Shown here one piece after another: positions 62,232 to 64,000 of a stretch of 64,000 bases of DNA. Every line of letters begins with the position of its first letter. The stretch's first letter is position 1. The DNA is from Tubulanus polymorphus (Eukaryota > Animalia > Nemertea). The stretch is from contig NW_027437448.1 in assembly GCF_964204645.1 (NCBI RefSeq), forward strand, positions 1-64,000, written 5' to 3'. The notes beneath the pieces were generated by a model. That model was not told the origin of the DNA. It saw nothing but the letters and a program-made list of their open reading frames with translations, and did no database searches. The position numbers and the translations under genes are program-made.

Positions 62232-63367
62232 TCTAATATTGTTGTAATCATTTGAATAGGAACTATGGTATTATGAATCATGAATTGTGATTTATATATT
62301 TTTAGATAACTTATTCTCAATTAGCAAAAAACTATTTTGCTTATCAATTACTGATCAGAATAAGTCATCATCATTTTTGAATGATCAATTATCCAAATCA
62401 TTGACAAAACCGCCATTATTTCCTGAGAAAATCGTCATTTGGAATACGGAACAAATCCCGAAATAAATTCGGGATTCGAACTTACAAACATTGCATTGTG
62501 GGATAAGCTACCCTAGCGGTGATGGAACAAACTACAGTAAATATAATGAGATAATTTGTGAAAAATGACAGGTTAATAAACGATGTTCACAGGTAAATAT
62601 TGAACTAATCTCAGTATTATAAACACAGTATCAAACATATAAATCAGTTGCATATACTGTATCGCTGAGGAATGGGGCCTGGCTGCATGCAGCAGCAGCA
62701 GCATCAGCATCCTCTGCAGCATCCTCTCTATCCAGCAGTCTCCATCTTCCTACCCTCAATCACTGTGGTGTATCCTGCATCACAGCCTCTCTTGCTGCTT
62801 CTTACACACAGTGTTGTTGCGTTAAACTGATAAATGCTGGATGCAGCAGCACTAACCGGGTCACTAGTCGGTGTCAGCTGCTGGCGGCCGTTACAGAAAG
62901 CTGACAGGAGCGTGGAGGAGGTAGCTACCCTACCCCTAGTATACTACTGACACTGACACTGCCTACACTGCTGCTGATACCATACCTCTCCCTTACCCTC
63001 CCCATCTCCCTCCCTGTCCCCTCCTCTCTCCCCTCCCTCCCACTCCCCCTCTCCCCTCCTCTCTCCCCTTCTCTCCCTCCCCTCCTCCCTCTCCTCCCAC
63101 TCCCCCTCTCCGCTCCTCTCTCCCCTCCATCCCCCTCTCCCCTCCTCCCTCCCCTCTCCCCTCCCTCCCCCTCTCCCCTCCTCCCTCCTATCTCCCCTCC
63201 ATCCCCCTCTCCCCTCCTCCCTCCCCTCTCCCCTCCCTCCCCCTCTCCTCCCTCTCCTCCCACTCCCTCCCTGATTATTATTTCATTTGTTTAATTTTTA
63301 TATTTTTCATTTCAGGATTTTGTGATTAATTCAACTACAACAATGTAAGACAGTTGAACTCTGAGCC

Positions 63368-64000
63368 ATGAGACGTAAACTATCAGAGGAAGAGCCGCGA
63401 TCAGTGGCGGATAAAACCACCAATAGATGGCGTACTAATCGACAATCTAAACACGACGAATCGGACAACAATGCGAAACCGATAGTAACCGGGCGAAGGT
63501 CGAGGTCAAATTCGCCGAGGATTCGTAAATCTCCGAAAGAAGAGAAAAAGAAAACTTTAAAACGAAAAAAAGAGGAGGAAAGTAAAGATGAAGATAAGAG
63601 TGAAGAGGTTGATAGTACAGCGGTGACACCTAGTGTGAAAAAACGAAAACTCACGGACACCGGTCAAGCTAAACCTAAACCTAAACCTAAACCTAAACTT
63701 AAAACTAATCCTAAACCTAAAAGGATCAGTAAAAAACTTGTCAAAAATGACAATCAAAATACGAAAACTGCAGCGCCCTCTAGTGGTGAAACCAGTATAG
63801 CAGCACCCTCTAGTGGTGAAACCAACCAAACAGTGACCTCTAGTGGTGAAACCAGTACAGAACAAGCGCCACCTAGTGGTGAATCCGGTACAACAATAGT
63901 GACATCTAGTGGCGAAACCAATCAAACAGCGACCTCAAGTGGTGAATCCAGTAAAACGCTAGTTACCTCTAGTGGCGAAACTAATGCCGCGGCGACCTCT
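63368..64000 (+). CDS. 5' part of an unidentified Lys-rich, low-complexity (probably nuclear) protein; ORF runs off the window
   Basis: gccATG in good context after acceptor at 63316 and an in-frame upstream stop; open to 64000: MRRKLSEEEPRS..KKKTLKRKKEEE..VKKRKL..KPKPKPK..(APSSGET)n. Confidence 0.65.
   Translation, partial: MRRKLSEEEPRSVADKTTNRWRTNRQSKHDESDNNAKPIVTGRRSRSNSPRIRKSPKEEKKKTLKRKKEEESKDEDKSEEVDSTAVTPSVKKRKLTDTGQAKPKPKPKPKLKTNPKPKRISKKLVKNDNQNTKTAAPSSGETSIAAPSSGETNQTVTSSGETSTEQAPPSGESGTTIVTSSGETNQTATSSGESSKTLVTSSGETNAAATS

Noticed and set aside
62925-63270. Gly/Glu/Arg-rich minus-strand ORF
   Set aside because: Translation of an intronic polypyrimidine tract; similar tracts occur at 8840-9110 and 59220-60425.

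Overview
Eukaryotic (animal) genomic DNA, not prokaryotic: AT-rich, gene-dense, short GT-AG introns, many locus-specific minisatellites. An invertebrate, possibly lophotrochozoan, source is inferred only. Host genes reconstructed by hand exon-by-exon: a CUB+LDLa surface protein with two alternative 3' ends; NDUFAF6, with an intronless BBS10 nested on the same strand in intron 4; TMEM208 (divergent to NDUFAF6); two head-to-head UBE2V/MMS2 paralogs; AMT (glycine cleavage T); ING3; a selenophosphate synthetase with in-frame UGA, SRE hairpin and a textbook SECIS; and the start of a basic low-complexity ORF at the window end. Between ING3 and SPS lies a ~25 kb repeat-rich block. Its main feature is a 23-exon, phase-consistent, stop-free reading frame (35823-48621, about 967 aa from the first identifiable exon) fusing an intact USP-family deubiquitinase domain to an intact DDE retroviral-type (Ginger/GIN-like) integrase, a Cys-rich finger and a PWWP3/MUM1-C-terminal-like domain; this is the best candidate for an undescribed system. 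A second recurring oddity is minisatellites seeded exactly on exon ends, amplifying splice donors (UBE2V, AMT, SPS) or a stop codon (AMT). Most long ORFs in the supplied track are tandem-repeat artefacts. All family assignments are from remembered motifs, not database searches.
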